From the NCBI GenBank assembly GCA_002633005.1, contig NMRA01000281.1, forward strand, positions 79,123 to 143,122: a DNA stretch of 64,000 nt. Reading direction: 5' to 3'. The notes under the pieces are model-generated. The model was given only the letters and a program-made list of their open reading frames with translations. It was not told the DNA's origin and did no database searches. Both the position numbers and the translations under genes were made by a program. Position 1 is the stretch's first letter. Each line of letters begins with the position of its first letter. The stretch is from Phoronis australis (lineage: Eukaryota > Animalia > Phoronida). Shown piece after piece: positions 27,759-40,200 of this stretch.

Positions 27759-28280
27759 CAGGGCTCGACATAACGAGCTGCAGGTCCCATTTGCGACCTG
27801 AAATTTGGAAATGCGAGCTGAGATTTTTGTCATCTCGTATCAAGTCGCAAAATGCGACCTGGAATTTTCAACGAATGCGAGCTGAGTTTTTACACTTCTC
27901 AACAGATACAAGGCAAATACAAAGCAGCTCTTGTTAATCCGACCGTTATTTGGTTGTTGCCAAATCCAAGTTCAAAAGAACACTAACCGAGAACAGCCCT
28001 CCCGATGACTTGTAAGCAAGTCGCGTGAACATGGGATATGCAGAATCGATCTTTGACGCGTTTCATTGGCTAANAAATTTGTGAGTATTTAACGCTGCAG
28101 GTAAGAGCATAATCTAAACATTTTCTCGATGATCTAAAAAATCCATTTTGGCGCGTAAAAATGGCGGGAAAAGTTTGCGATCTGGCATTTACGAATGCGA
28201 GCTGGATTTTGAAAATGCGACCTGGGATTTTGGCTAGGTCGCAAAATGCGACCTGGCGATTTTAATAGCGTCGAGCCCTG
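27759..28280. mobile_element. hAT5-like MITE (522 bp)
   Basis: 11-bp TIR cagggctcgac / gtcgagccctg; 5-bp TSD atata; subterminal repeats tgcgagctg/tgcgacctg. Confidence 0.85.
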
Positions 28281-30042
28281 ATATACATACGCAGGCTGAT
28301 TTAATAAAGATCCTGCAGGGGGCTTTAGAATATACAGTTATGGGCGCGAAAAATAAAACTGCCAGGAGGCGACACCAGTGAATTGAAGTCGGAAAACCAT
28401 CGTCAAGCGTCCTCTTCACACTAAGAACATATATAAGCCACACAGTGATTTGAAGTCGGAAAACCATCGTCAATCGTCCTTTTCACACTAAGACCATATA
28501 CATGTATAAGCCAATTTTCACAATTACACTAAGAGTAGTTTGGTTCACAGAAGGCGGACGCCAAAACAAAATTACAGTAAAAGATGACTACTAAATGGCG
28601 CAAAATACAGAGAATCCGTCCGGAAACCAGAAAATGTCATGGTTTCTTTAACAGAAAGCTATTTACCAACATTCATGAAAATTCGTCAAGGAACTTCAGA
28701 GAAACACAGGTAAACGAAAAAAAAATGAAATTGCCACTAGGGGGCACAATTTTCGTCGGATCCGTCTGAAAGTCGTCGTCAACTCCAAGTGATAAATACA
28801 CGTGCTAAATTTAATAAAGATCCTGCAGAGGGCTTAGGAGATACAGGTACATGTATGGACGCAAAAAAATAAAACTGCCACTAGGACGGGAGGTGTCACA
28901 TCAGTCGTAGTCGCCAGAAAACCGTCGTCAACCGTCCTCTTCATAGTGATAACATACACGCCATTTTTCACAATCATCCTTTCAGTGGTTCGGTTGATAG
29001 AGCGGCGGACGGCAAAAACTCGAAAATATTAAAAATGGCCGGTAGAGATGGCGCAAAATGCTTCGAATCCATATGAAAATGAGAGAATAGCGTCTCCTCA
29101 TTCGATGCTTATGTGCTAAATTTCATGAAAATCGGCTGAGGGACCATACAGAGGCAAACGTAAAAAAATTAAAATTGCCACTAGGGGCACAGCGGTATTC
29201 GGGTCGGTCCGAAACTCCTCGCCCTCCGTCGTCAACCCCATGGGAACACACCTGCCAAATTTCAATAAGATCCTGCAAGGAGTTTAGCTCGCTGGTTCCT
29301 GCGTGCAAACAACAGCACCCATGGATCGTTTTGGTGGCAAGCTCAGGTCAAGATCAAGCTAATAATTGTTCCGACGGCGCAAAAACAGACCCAAATGATG
29401 ACAGCTGCAAGCAAACTATCGTGCTTAAAATGTCGTCTTCATTCATTGTTAACTCTTGTAAATAAGTCATAGGCAGCCGAGTATTCGAGTATAGCCGTTA
29501 CTCCAATATTTGTACGACTCCGAGGCCATATATTCGAGAGCCTTGCATTTTTAAATTATCCCATGAAACATTGTTTTGACAAAAAGACCTTGCGCGCCTC
29601 TCAAACTTCACAAGACACGTGACGATAGGTTTCAGTAATCAATATTTTCATGGAATGGTTTTACCCATGCAATAGCTTCTTACCCATGTCATGAATTTGT
29701 CATTTACATTGAGTAGCTGCTTGGATCGATTTATTATCCAGCGAGTCAAGGCAACTCATTTCCCTACCTTTGTATTGCTCACAGCACATGTCTTATCATT
29801 ATAAATTTGATGCGAGTAAACCCAGTAGTAGTGAATCGATTTCTATGCCTTGAACACCGATTTCTCATTCTTCTTCTACATATTTGTTCGTGAAAATGCA
29901 GTGGCGGATTTAAGAGGGGGTCTTTGCCCCCCCTAAAATTTCCCCAGATTCCATTTACCAGTTCGGGGATGCGAATGTCTGATGGACAAAATCCTGGGTA
30001 ATACTCTGCTCTGGCCCCCCGTAACTCAAAATCCTGGATCCG

Positions 30043-31909
30043 CCCATACGAAAATATTCAATAGGATCCCATAGGAATTCCTAAAGGATGAATTTTCCTA
30101 TAGGAATTCCTATAGAAATTCCTATAAGAATTCCTATTGGAATATCGATTTCCTATAGGATTCCTCTAGGATCAAGATATCCTATAGGAATTCCTATTGA
30201 AAAAATCCCATATAAATTTAATCACAAATCGGATTTCTAAGCATTTTAACAAACAAATATCTTAAGACTATATAGTAAAATATTGATTTGTTTTTATCTA
30301 ATTTCAGCTCTTCTGAGTCATTAATTTTTGTAAATTTTAATATTCAGGCGAGTCTTAATACATGTATGTTAATTAAATCAGTTTTTGGCCACAATAAGAT
30401 CAAAAACCGCACGATCGCCGCACATATAAAAAAGTTCATGTTCAATTCAACGTTTCGTCTTATTAGACATCATCAGGATCATATTTACAACAATTTAGGA
30501 CAAGTGCCAACGTACAGCTCAGGTAACATCCATAGAATGCAAGTTAACTGCTTCATAGAATCCTATTGAACTTCATATAGAATCCTATTGAACTGCCTAC
30601 TGGATATATTCAAGTTTAATACGAATTACTGTAGGGTTTCTCATCCTAAAGGATTTCTATAGGCTTTCCTATTGGATGCTTTAAGAAATCTTATAGGATC
30701 CTATTGGATTTCCTATAGGATCCAATAGGAAATCCTATAGGATCCAATAGAAAATCCTATACGATTCCTATAGAAACCCTAAAGGATTCCTATAGGAAAT
30801 CCTATAGGATTACCTATAGGATCCAATAGGAAATGCTATCGGATCCAATAGGAAATCCCATAGGGTTCCTATACGAAATCCTATAGGATTTCCTATAGGA
30901 TACAAAAGGAAGTTCCATAGGTTCCAATAGGATTTCCTATAGGAAATCCTATAGGAAATCCTACAGAATTCCTGTAGGAAATCCTATAGGATCCAAGAGG
31001 AAATCCTATAAGATCCAACAGGAAATCCTATAAGACATCCTATAGGATCCAATAGGAAATCTTATAGAAAATTCCTATAGGATACCCTATAGGATTCCTA
31101 TAGGCAATCCTATAGGATCCAATAGGAAAGTTCCTATAGGATATTCTATAAAAATCCTATAGGAAATCGTATAGGATCCAATACGAAATCCTATAGAAAA
31201 GTCCTATAGGATTCCTGTAGGAAATCCTATAGTATCCTGTTGAACTTCCTATAGGATCTTATTGAACTGATAGAATCTTACTGAATTTCCTGTGTATGAA
31301 ATTCTCTTTAAACATAACACTATATATTTGTCATTATAGCCGTTTCCTTTCTGGTGTTGTAAATTGTAATGTTGTGTCTTAACTTCTAAGGAAACGTTTT
31401 GATCATGTGTATGGCTTAGTGGCTAAAATGGACAGTTTCTCAACTGGACAACAGATGTCACAGAAAAGCGATTCAATGAACAGTTATCATTACAGCAATT
31501 TATAAAACACTCGACATAAGATTACAACTTTGACTATCAGAGAACAACATGTAGAAGCGTATAGCATTCAGCATTTATGTAATAAGTTACTTAAACATAT
31601 TTTGAAAAAGCAAAAAAGAACACAGGTCTTTTGTAGCCCCAGTTTAGTACACCATTTGTAACATATATAGATATCCTGCTGTAGAACTTGTTCAAGAACA
31701 GGGTAGACTGCTGTACAAAAACTTTGAGGTTACCTGTGTTCCAGTTGAATTTGTTTTGTTGACAACACTGTTTCTTTGTTGTATTATGTATGCATTGAAA
31801 ATGTCATGATGGGAAATCCTAATGGATTTCTTAAAAGTCTCATAAGAATTTTCTATAGGATTTCCTATAGGAATCCAATAGGAAATCCTTATGGAATTTT
31901 TCGTAAGGG
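30043..31909. mobile_element. Non-autonomous EnSpm/CACTA-like element (1867 bp) with palindromic CCTATAGG arrays
   Basis: Termini ccc(a/t)tacgaaaa...ttttcgtaaggg; 2-bp TSD CG; dense ATCCTATAGGA-type arrays at 30060-30200, 30640-31260 and 31810-31890. Confidence 0.75.
30444..30481 (-). ncRNA. Candidate minimal type-I hammerhead ribozyme (Penelope/retrozyme-like)
   Basis: Minus strand reads GAUC-CUGAUGA-U-GUCU-AAUA-AGAC-GAAAC-GUU-GAAU: intact core boxes, 4-bp stem II, palindromic AACGUU stem III, weak stem I. Confidence 0.5.
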
Positions 31910-33911
31910 CGACCGTGAATTGTTCAGTATTTCAAGAACTTTGGTAGGCAGTTATTTATCACATTTCATGACACTGCTCGCAACGCTCGGTTAACTCTGA
32001 AAACACTGTTTGAAGGATTATTTAGCTGACCAAAATTAAGTGCAGACGTCTCCTGCGTGAGCTTTACGCATTAATAGTGGCCGGGGTACCTGAACCTCGC
32101 CTGTACATTGGCTGATGTAAAGGTCAGTGTCAATGACTTACACATGTAATGGTTGGATTTTGGTAGCATTTTATCAATGAGAACAATGACTAGAAAAAGG
32201 ACGCCAAATGGCTTTGTATACGAAGAAACAGTATCACGACCCTATAGTCGGGAAATGTATCATTTGCCTGGATTAGGTCATCTAAGGGATTCTACAGATA
32301 AAAGTACACGGGTAACTCGCCAATGGGCCTCAATAAAAAGTAATATTCCACAATCCTTCGTATTTTGACTAATGACTAGTCAACAAAAAGACTGTAAGAG
32401 ACTACAGTTTACCCGGGACTTGAAAGCATGCACGCTCGCCTTCATTCAGCCATTGGGCGCCATGGCCGTCAGTCCAAGATTCGGCTTGCATAGAACTTAT
32501 TTACTTCTATTTCCCTCGCAAACTTAGTCACGGGAAATATGTACACTTAGTTATTTTAGGGTTGGCCAACCTCAATGAAATCTGAAGCATTTCCTTGACT
32601 CGCTGATGGTGGGGTGTTGCTGTTGCGCGCTGGGAATCCTACCACGGCAAGCAACACTAAGATATCTATTTTGTGAGAATAAAAGACCTAGCTCCATCGA
32701 TTTCCGTTTTTAAACATAGTTTTAAATGCTTGATACACCTGTTCTTTCCCATCTGATCTACAGAGTGGCATAGGGCTATAATGCTTTTGTAAATGTCTTC
32801 AAGTTCAGGATACCATAATTAAGTGAGTTTTTACCAACAACATATCGAAATCCGACTGTTCAACTCCTCATGTACTGTAGAAGCAGAAAACTATTTCCGA
32901 CTACAAAAGTTTTAAAACAAGTACAAGACTAGAAGTGGGGACATTTTAAAATTGATTGACAAGCACATTGTATTTAACTCCCACAAAAAATAGGTAGGCC
33001 TTGGGGAATGACAAGTGAATTTCCGGCAGTCTGCTCGAATGAGTTTTGATCCAGTGTTGTAGTTACCAAATCATGTCTAGTGGCATTGCTTTATTTTCAT
33101 TTTGTCATTTTTGTTTAAATGTAATCACCAAGAAAGACTCCTGAAGAATGGCTGTAGACAACCAGCAATTTCTAGGCAAAGTTATACACAAAACCCGACA
33201 ATTGCACGTTTTACACCCCGACGGTGGCCCTGGAAGGATGCGTGGTGCAACCTCAGACGCCCAAGATCAAAGTTGGCATTCCAGGTCTACAGTTCTATGG
33301 TCTCCCCTATTTAGTGTATCATCTATCAACAAGATCCCAGAATTCTTTTTATTTAACTTTGAAAAAACAGCATGTTTATCAATTATCCCAATCTATATCC
33401 ACTCCTAAATAGGTCAAGCTTCAGACAGGGTTCCACATTCAGCACAAGGCACAAGAAACTTGCACAGAATGACATTTCTCTGTAACAGCGGCTAATTCTG
33501 TTACCAGCAAAAATGACTAGTACAAACTATTGTGGCAACAAAATTCTAATTACAGAATGGCAAAAAGTTATTCCGTATTCCTGCTTATTTACCATCATTG
33601 CTAGTCATCAGACAAAACTATGCGAATAATGAACTTGCCAGTCATCATGAGGGGGAAGTCAATAGTTTTGGCTTGTACTGCACATGAGCGAATAAGTGAT
33701 TTTGCTGGGCTGTTTACTGACACAGAAAATCTAATGCAAATTTAAAGAAACCTTCAGATCACTAAAATCTCTTGTAAAAATTTTTGCTGCGAGGCTCCGC
33801 GTAAATCAGTGCAACTTGAGGGCCACAAAAGTTGGTTGCAATTCGACGACCACCAATCATAGTACCAAGAGCACTAGGAAGTATTACAAAGGACAACACA
33901 AATTGGAGTGC

Positions 33912-34000
33912 TACAACAGTCTGGTACAACAGCCTGGTACAACAGCCTGGTACAACAGCCTGGTACAACAGCCTGGTACAACAGCCTGGTACAACAGCCT
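33912..34000. repeat. 13-bp minisatellite (GGTACAACAGCCT) x ~7 in the presumed MRPL38 3' UTR
   Basis: Near-perfect tandem copies starting about 9 nt after the stop codon. Confidence 0.95.
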
Positions 34001-34008
34001 TCCATGGT

Positions 34009-34225
34009 TCATTCCTGGAGTGGATCAAGCCACTTCCACTTAAGTCTTCTGTTTCTCCGATGTTCCGTCTCCGTTTTAATCCAGCGTGATGTTCTGATGT
34101 CCATTTGGTAAATGTTCGGATACTTGAAAGGTTTTTCCTCATCCTCGAAGGGATTGATCATCTTCAACCGTTCTTTAAGCACTTGTTCCTTAATTTCTTT
34201 TCGGTCTCTATATCGATCCAGGTAT
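34009..34225 (-). CDS. MRPL38: MRPL38 exon 8, terminal (YLDRYRD...WLDPLQE*)
   Basis: Acceptor ttacag; 217 nt to TGA. Confidence 0.92.
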
Positions 34226-37200
34226 CTGTAAGTCACAGAGGCAGTTACACCCTGGAGTTGAACAGTTTCCAATAGCGCCAAAACAACTTCTACGTAAAAA
34301 GAATCCTACATAGTAATTACAATGGCCATACTGAGTTTCAACAAAGTTCTAGTGTGATAACATGAAGACAATCTCCCAACAAAGTAAAAATATTGCAAAA
34401 CATTAAACACATAATATTAAGCATAATAATTACCACCAGCTCATTTTCAATAAACAATTTGATTAAGAAAAAACTTTACAAGACACGGCAAAAATTTCAT
34501 AACAGAAAAATAATAACTAATAAGAATTGTGCATTTTCTACAAATACAGTAGAGATTAAAGAATTGAAAAAATGGCAGGAACGGAAATAATCAGTACAAC
34601 AGGCTTGCAACAAAACCTTTGTCAAGCTCAATGGTATGTCACCTTATTTGATATTGTTCTCCAAGCTTGACTCTCCCAGTTCCCAAGCTAACTATTGCCC
34701 AGTTGGCTCATTCTGGGCTTGGCTACTCAAAGCGCGTAAGTGGTAATAAAACAAATATCATCTCAGCCAGACCCATAAACCATTTGTTAAGCTGTGTTTT
34801 ACACAGGCCAACTGGCGCAGATGTATGGCTACAAGCAACGATCTACATGCACTATCCTTGCATTTCAATTTCAACAGACCTATTGTGTGTGAATGACACC
34901 CTAATTTACAATGCTCCATAAACCTCAGAGCCACTATGGGGACTAGTACACCCCTTACAAGCCCAAAATGTTGAAATATATCAGTGAAGAGTAAGGTAAG
35001 TCAAGCTAGCCAACAAACTTTGTAGGGTCAGTCACCTTTTTCAACACTGAATCTCAAGCTTGGAAAACCGTGCCGGCTTGAAAAAGATCATTGACCAGTA
35101 ACAGAATTCGAACCATCTTAAAAGCATTACGTCACCAAGCAAAACTTTTCTTATTGATTAGTGGTCAAAATAAACATATCCCGCCACCTGTTGGTGCATT
35201 TCAATGTAGCTCATACACCACACTATAGAACACAAACATAAGAACATTTCCCATGTTGCTAACAAGGTTATACAGTGGAGCCCACGTTTAAGGGACTCCA
35301 CCGTACAAGCTTAGTGAGGAACTCTGAATAACGTAGGCCCAAAAAGCAGGACTAATAGTGTCCAACTTTGAACAAGGCTACATACCTTTAGCTCGAAAAT
35401 CTCAGTAAAGATTACCCAATCTGCCTTCAGTTGGTAAATTTTAGTCTTGTACTCAATTCAAACTTCAATGTTGCAACATTAAAGTAATTGTGAAATAATA
35501 ATACCACTTTCATGAACTTAGCACATGGCACTTTAATGTGACAATAATTAAGCAGCAACACTTACAACTGGAAAGGCTTTTTATGGGGCCATATTTTCTG
35601 TGGCGGATGATAAGGCTCGAGGAAGTCATACTCGAACAAAGGCTCCGGCATGTCTGAAAGAACAGTTCACCATGAGCTTGGCAATAAGCTTGCAATGATT
35701 GCGTAATGAAAACTCTCCAGCACAAAGAATTCCTCCATTCTCACCAATTATGCCAAAGATTGGTCCTCATCTTGGGATTCAGCAATACCATTTTTCTTCC
35801 CTCCAATGACCAATGGTGAATAATAAGTGCAATCAACATAGACCATTTCGCATGATTACCTCTGAAAAATGCTGCGTCAACATTATTACACTGAGTGGAA
35901 GATTAAAACTTGTAGGTGTCTGACATTATCCAAGCTGATACGTCGCTAAAGAAACCACAATGGACATGGAAGGGTTACTCCTTAACTGCTTCGGCAGAAG
36001 CTTTCATTTGTTCATAAAATCGTAAGTTTTCTACTAGTCTGTACATTTCTCCCATCAGAGATTGCCTTCATTGATACGATTGTAATAAATGGTGCGACTT
36101 CACGCACTGTTTCCCCAATGCGTGAACAGCAGAAAAGAGGTTGCAGGGCTCTGAAGCATTTACCTCCAGTTCATGTATGTTAAAGCTAAACACCCAGTCT
36201 CGTACGAAAACAAACCCTTTGGAATGGCGTAGATGAATACAGAAAGACAGAGAACAGAGATTACAAAAGGGTAGTTGCCAGATCATCACTGTGATGGTAA
36301 GCCACACTATGTACTGGGACAGAAGTGAGAAACCTCTAGAGATTTAGAGGGACTTAATGAAAAGAAAAGGAATTGAAGATCAGATTATGAACTGAGTTGA
36401 ATTTATTGACTGCAGGGGCATCTGAAATAGATTTGTCCTAATTTCATCAACCGATGTCAAAATGTTCTGAGTCAACAATTTCTTAAAGAGTTACTTCAGA
36501 TAGGCAAACATCGTCTATGGACTTAGTTATTTAAAGGAAAGATATTCTCGACTTTCAACCTGCATGAAAATTCATTGAAACAGCAATTTCTGCCTACATT
36601 TTCATCCTTTTTGCCCGAATCTGAGGCGATTGACACCCTTGCCCCTTGCCTATGTAATCGAAACTAAATTTTCCACAGCAAACATATTTATCAAACATTA
36701 TTATGTTACTGGGCATGCACATGGCTTTACTTTATAGGCACAACCACATTTAGTGTCTCTTTAAAGACTTCTTCGTCCGTTGCCTTACCTAGATCACGGT
36801 GAAAAAACTCTGTAACAGAGTCGTCCCACTCTGACTGGAACCAGGCCAATCCAGCCGGGGTCATGTCATCCTGCCACTGCCGATAGAACTCCAGGCTACT
36901 AAATGTTCTCTCATGCAAGCTGCAAGATAGCCCACGCTAAAATTAATTATTCAAAAAAGGCCAGGTACACAATTAAACCAGTAAACACAAAACTGGCAGG
37001 ATTTGATAAGCTATTGCTCTGAAGCACCTCACCTCAGTTAATTTGAGACTGGTGTGACAGTTACGAGGAAGTAAACACACAGAAACCAAAACACACTGAA
37101 TCAACTGACCGTCTAAAACATGGACACAAAAGTGACACTTGTACAGTTTTGTATATCTCTTATAGAGCACTATACACACAGGATTATTATAACAGGGCCC

Positions 37201-40200
37201 TCGATGCCTCGAATTTGGCGTCGAGTACCATCCCCATTCCCCTGTCAAAAATATTTAAAAAGTCACGAAATTACCCTCATCAGGCCTAAAAATTCCCCTT
37301 CGATGGGGTGTGGGGTGGGGGGTGGTACAGCCACCTTTACCCTCAGGTGAGTCAGTATTCTGTATAATCAAGACCAAGACACAAGTAATTCAATTTCATA
37401 CCAACGTCTGGTTGATGTTTGGTTCAAAGGCTCTGGAGTCCCTCTGAAGAGACCCAGGTAATAATAATAATAATTTTCACAATAACTGAGCTCAAGCTCA
37501 TTAGTGGATGGATGCATAGAATTGAATGAATACCAAAATATTATGTAAAAGCAATTTCTAGTGATGTACTAAGAACAGACCTGTGTACCACCAAAACTGC
37601 ATTGGAGTACTTTGAACACCAGATTTGCATATTTTTGAGCAAATTTGCAGATATTTGCATACAGACAAAATATCGAAAATTTGAACTTCCAGCGAACCAA
37701 GCCTAAAATGTAGGGGGCTCGAATTTTTGAAGATGTGGACCTTTTACTAAAGAAGAAGAAGGGGGTTCATTCAGGGATATGAATTCTGCCAAATTTCTGC
37801 CTTTTTTGTGGACTTGTGTCTCATTTTCGCAGACCTTTTGTTTCTCTGAGGAGGACCTTTTTGGCCTCTGGGTGCACGCATGCCTACTTTTCCTAGTTAC
37901 TTGCCTCTGAAACAGTTTTTAAAATACACGTAGTGAAATGATCACCAATTTTCAGAATAAACTAAGGGCTGTTCCAGTAAAATCTGGCGGAAGGCACCTT
38001 TTTTCACACCCACCACCCATATTTTTCATATATTTCTTCAGCCCACCACCTGTAATTTTTTATAAGTTTGAAATGCAACCACCCGTAATTTTTTTGTTGT
38101 TGTTCTTGTGGTTGACTGCACAGGTGCTTGAGTTTATCTGTTCCTTGATCCCCACTGACGTCATTCATTACTAAGAAAACATGTGTCTTATTAATGGTTA
38201 TTACTAATTTAGCCATCTAGAAATTCAAGCGCCTGTGGTTGACTGGTGTTATGGGCATGGAGCTTTTTGCAAGTTGCGTTTTTGTTTTAGTTGTTGATTC
38301 TGTGCGAATTGTTTATAAAACATACTGAAATTACCCACCATCAAACATTTATGGCCCAATGAAACAACAAGGACCTGTAAATTTTTATTTTTTTTGAAGT
38401 ATGACCACCAGCTATTTTGAATTAAATCAAACGCAACCACCCATAAATTTTTATTTCAATTGCCTTCCCCCCTCCCACACAGATTTTACTGGAACAGCCC
38501 TAAGGTGTTTGGTTTGGGGACAAAATGTTTAGTGAAAAGATCCAGTTAATCTATAGAAAAGTTCCTTACTGAACTTAAATAGTTATGTTAATTCATGCCG
38601 CCATGGTAATATACACCGTTGTGCTCGTTTCTTAACCAAAAACATATCTGCAAAAAAGTATTTATGAATCTGCACTGGACAATGTCTTGCACCAGACGAC
38701 GTTTTCTTAACCATTCAAAAAATTTGGAATAATTATTCATTTCAAGTGTCTGTGAACACGTACTACCCTACTGCTTGTGAAAAAACCTCCAGTGTCCGTC
38801 GGCTCAACATGCCACAAAGTTAGTGCAGTCACCATGTGCGCAAAAATACAACACGCAACACAACTTGCAGTATAATATCCACGGTTCCTTCCATAACACA
38901 TTGCCATTCTTTGGAATAATGTGGCAAAATCAGATGTTCCCTCCTTTCATAAGCTACTTTCTTCACAGCTCGGAATATGCAGCACGGCCATTCATGCTTT
39001 GCCATTTTGACATTACGTATTTAGCCAGAAATAGCCAGAATTAGACGGAGTAAGCAATCAAGAAATCACAGAAGTCATTGCTTATAGGTTAGGCCTGTGA
39101 TACACATACCGATAGAAGAGGCCTTGCGATTCGCCGATTATCAGGCTACTTCGAGAATGAAATGAAACGAGTTTTCCAAGTTCGTAGCTTAACTTTTTTG
39201 GCTAAAATAATCATTTTGCAATATTCTTTTTTTTAATTTCTAACTGTAAAATCTTCTTCCTCTTCCATTCTGACTACAGATCGGCATATTTAGTGAGAAA
39301 CAAGCCAATTAATAATCGGTTTTGAATTTGCATATTTTTGCCTTATAGTGCGTTCTTGTGTATTGGAGCCTTGATTTCCGTACGAATCCGCATTTTTTGC
39401 GTATGCTACACAGGTCTGTGAGAACAATGTAAAAACGCAGCAGCCTGTACAGAATGTTTTTTAAATGAATTCTTGTCTCAGCTTGACCACACTGCAACAA
39501 CAGCATGACCAGGAAGCAGATCCTGAATGCAGTATTACCGTGTTTTAGAATGCCACTGCTGTCTTCAAATGTATTATGGAATCCCGTGTTCTTTTACAAC
39601 ACAGAGCAAAATTTGTTCTTACTGTTTCCAGAAAATCACAGCAGCCTCTCTTAATCAAGAATGAAATTGATCTTTCAACGATAGCGTGAAACATCATTCA
39701 CACACAAAAAGATTGTGGTATAGCGATTATGCAAATCAGCATCGCCAACAAACGTTGATGTAAGATCGTAGAGATCAATTCATTTCATTAACATTTTCAA
39801 CTTTAATTTACGAGTAGACAGGTGGCACCTGTCAAATACCAACTGACTCCATGGCACTTACTCATTTCAATATTAGAGAACTCATATCCCACAACTCAAT
39901 GCTTTTGGATGCCAATGCCTCGGACTTGGCTATTTGCACAAACATCAGTGGGAATACCAGTTGGAAAACAGTTTTATGCTACCCCCTTAAATATAGTTAA
40001 GTTCTTAAAAATTAAAATCAAATTTATTGCCTCACAGATGTTGTCAAGAAAGGTGTCCAAAGGAGTATTGGCTTGAAAATATAAGAACTGGATATTAACG
40101 TCACTCACTTGTGTTGCATGCATCTCCTTTCGGTGCTCATGTCCAGCCGTCGACTCTGTCTGTACAATACAAAGACATAGCGGTGCCAGCCACTCCCGTT

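Larger units (their letters stand above)
25495..29370 (+). repeat. Element built from ~450-510 bp degenerate tandem units, interrupted by two insertions
   Basis: Recurring motifs aataa(a)gatcctgca (28303, 28813, 29264), aattgcca.ta.ggggcaca (27686, 28729, 29173) and aaaattcgtc.aggaactt (25693, 28678). It begins aacaagag and ends gctcagg...agcta. Confidence 0.65.
29899..31917. mobile_element. G/C-tract MITE (cagtggcggat...ggatccg|accgtg) whose right TIR is split by the CACTA-like element
   Basis: Flanks aaatg / aattg (4/5 TSD); reverse-oriented relative of 53000-53154. Confidence 0.6.

Noticed and set aside
33762-34142. Overlapping ORFs with repeated WYNSLVQQPGTTA
   Set aside because: Produced by the stop-free 13-bp minisatellite in the 3' UTR.
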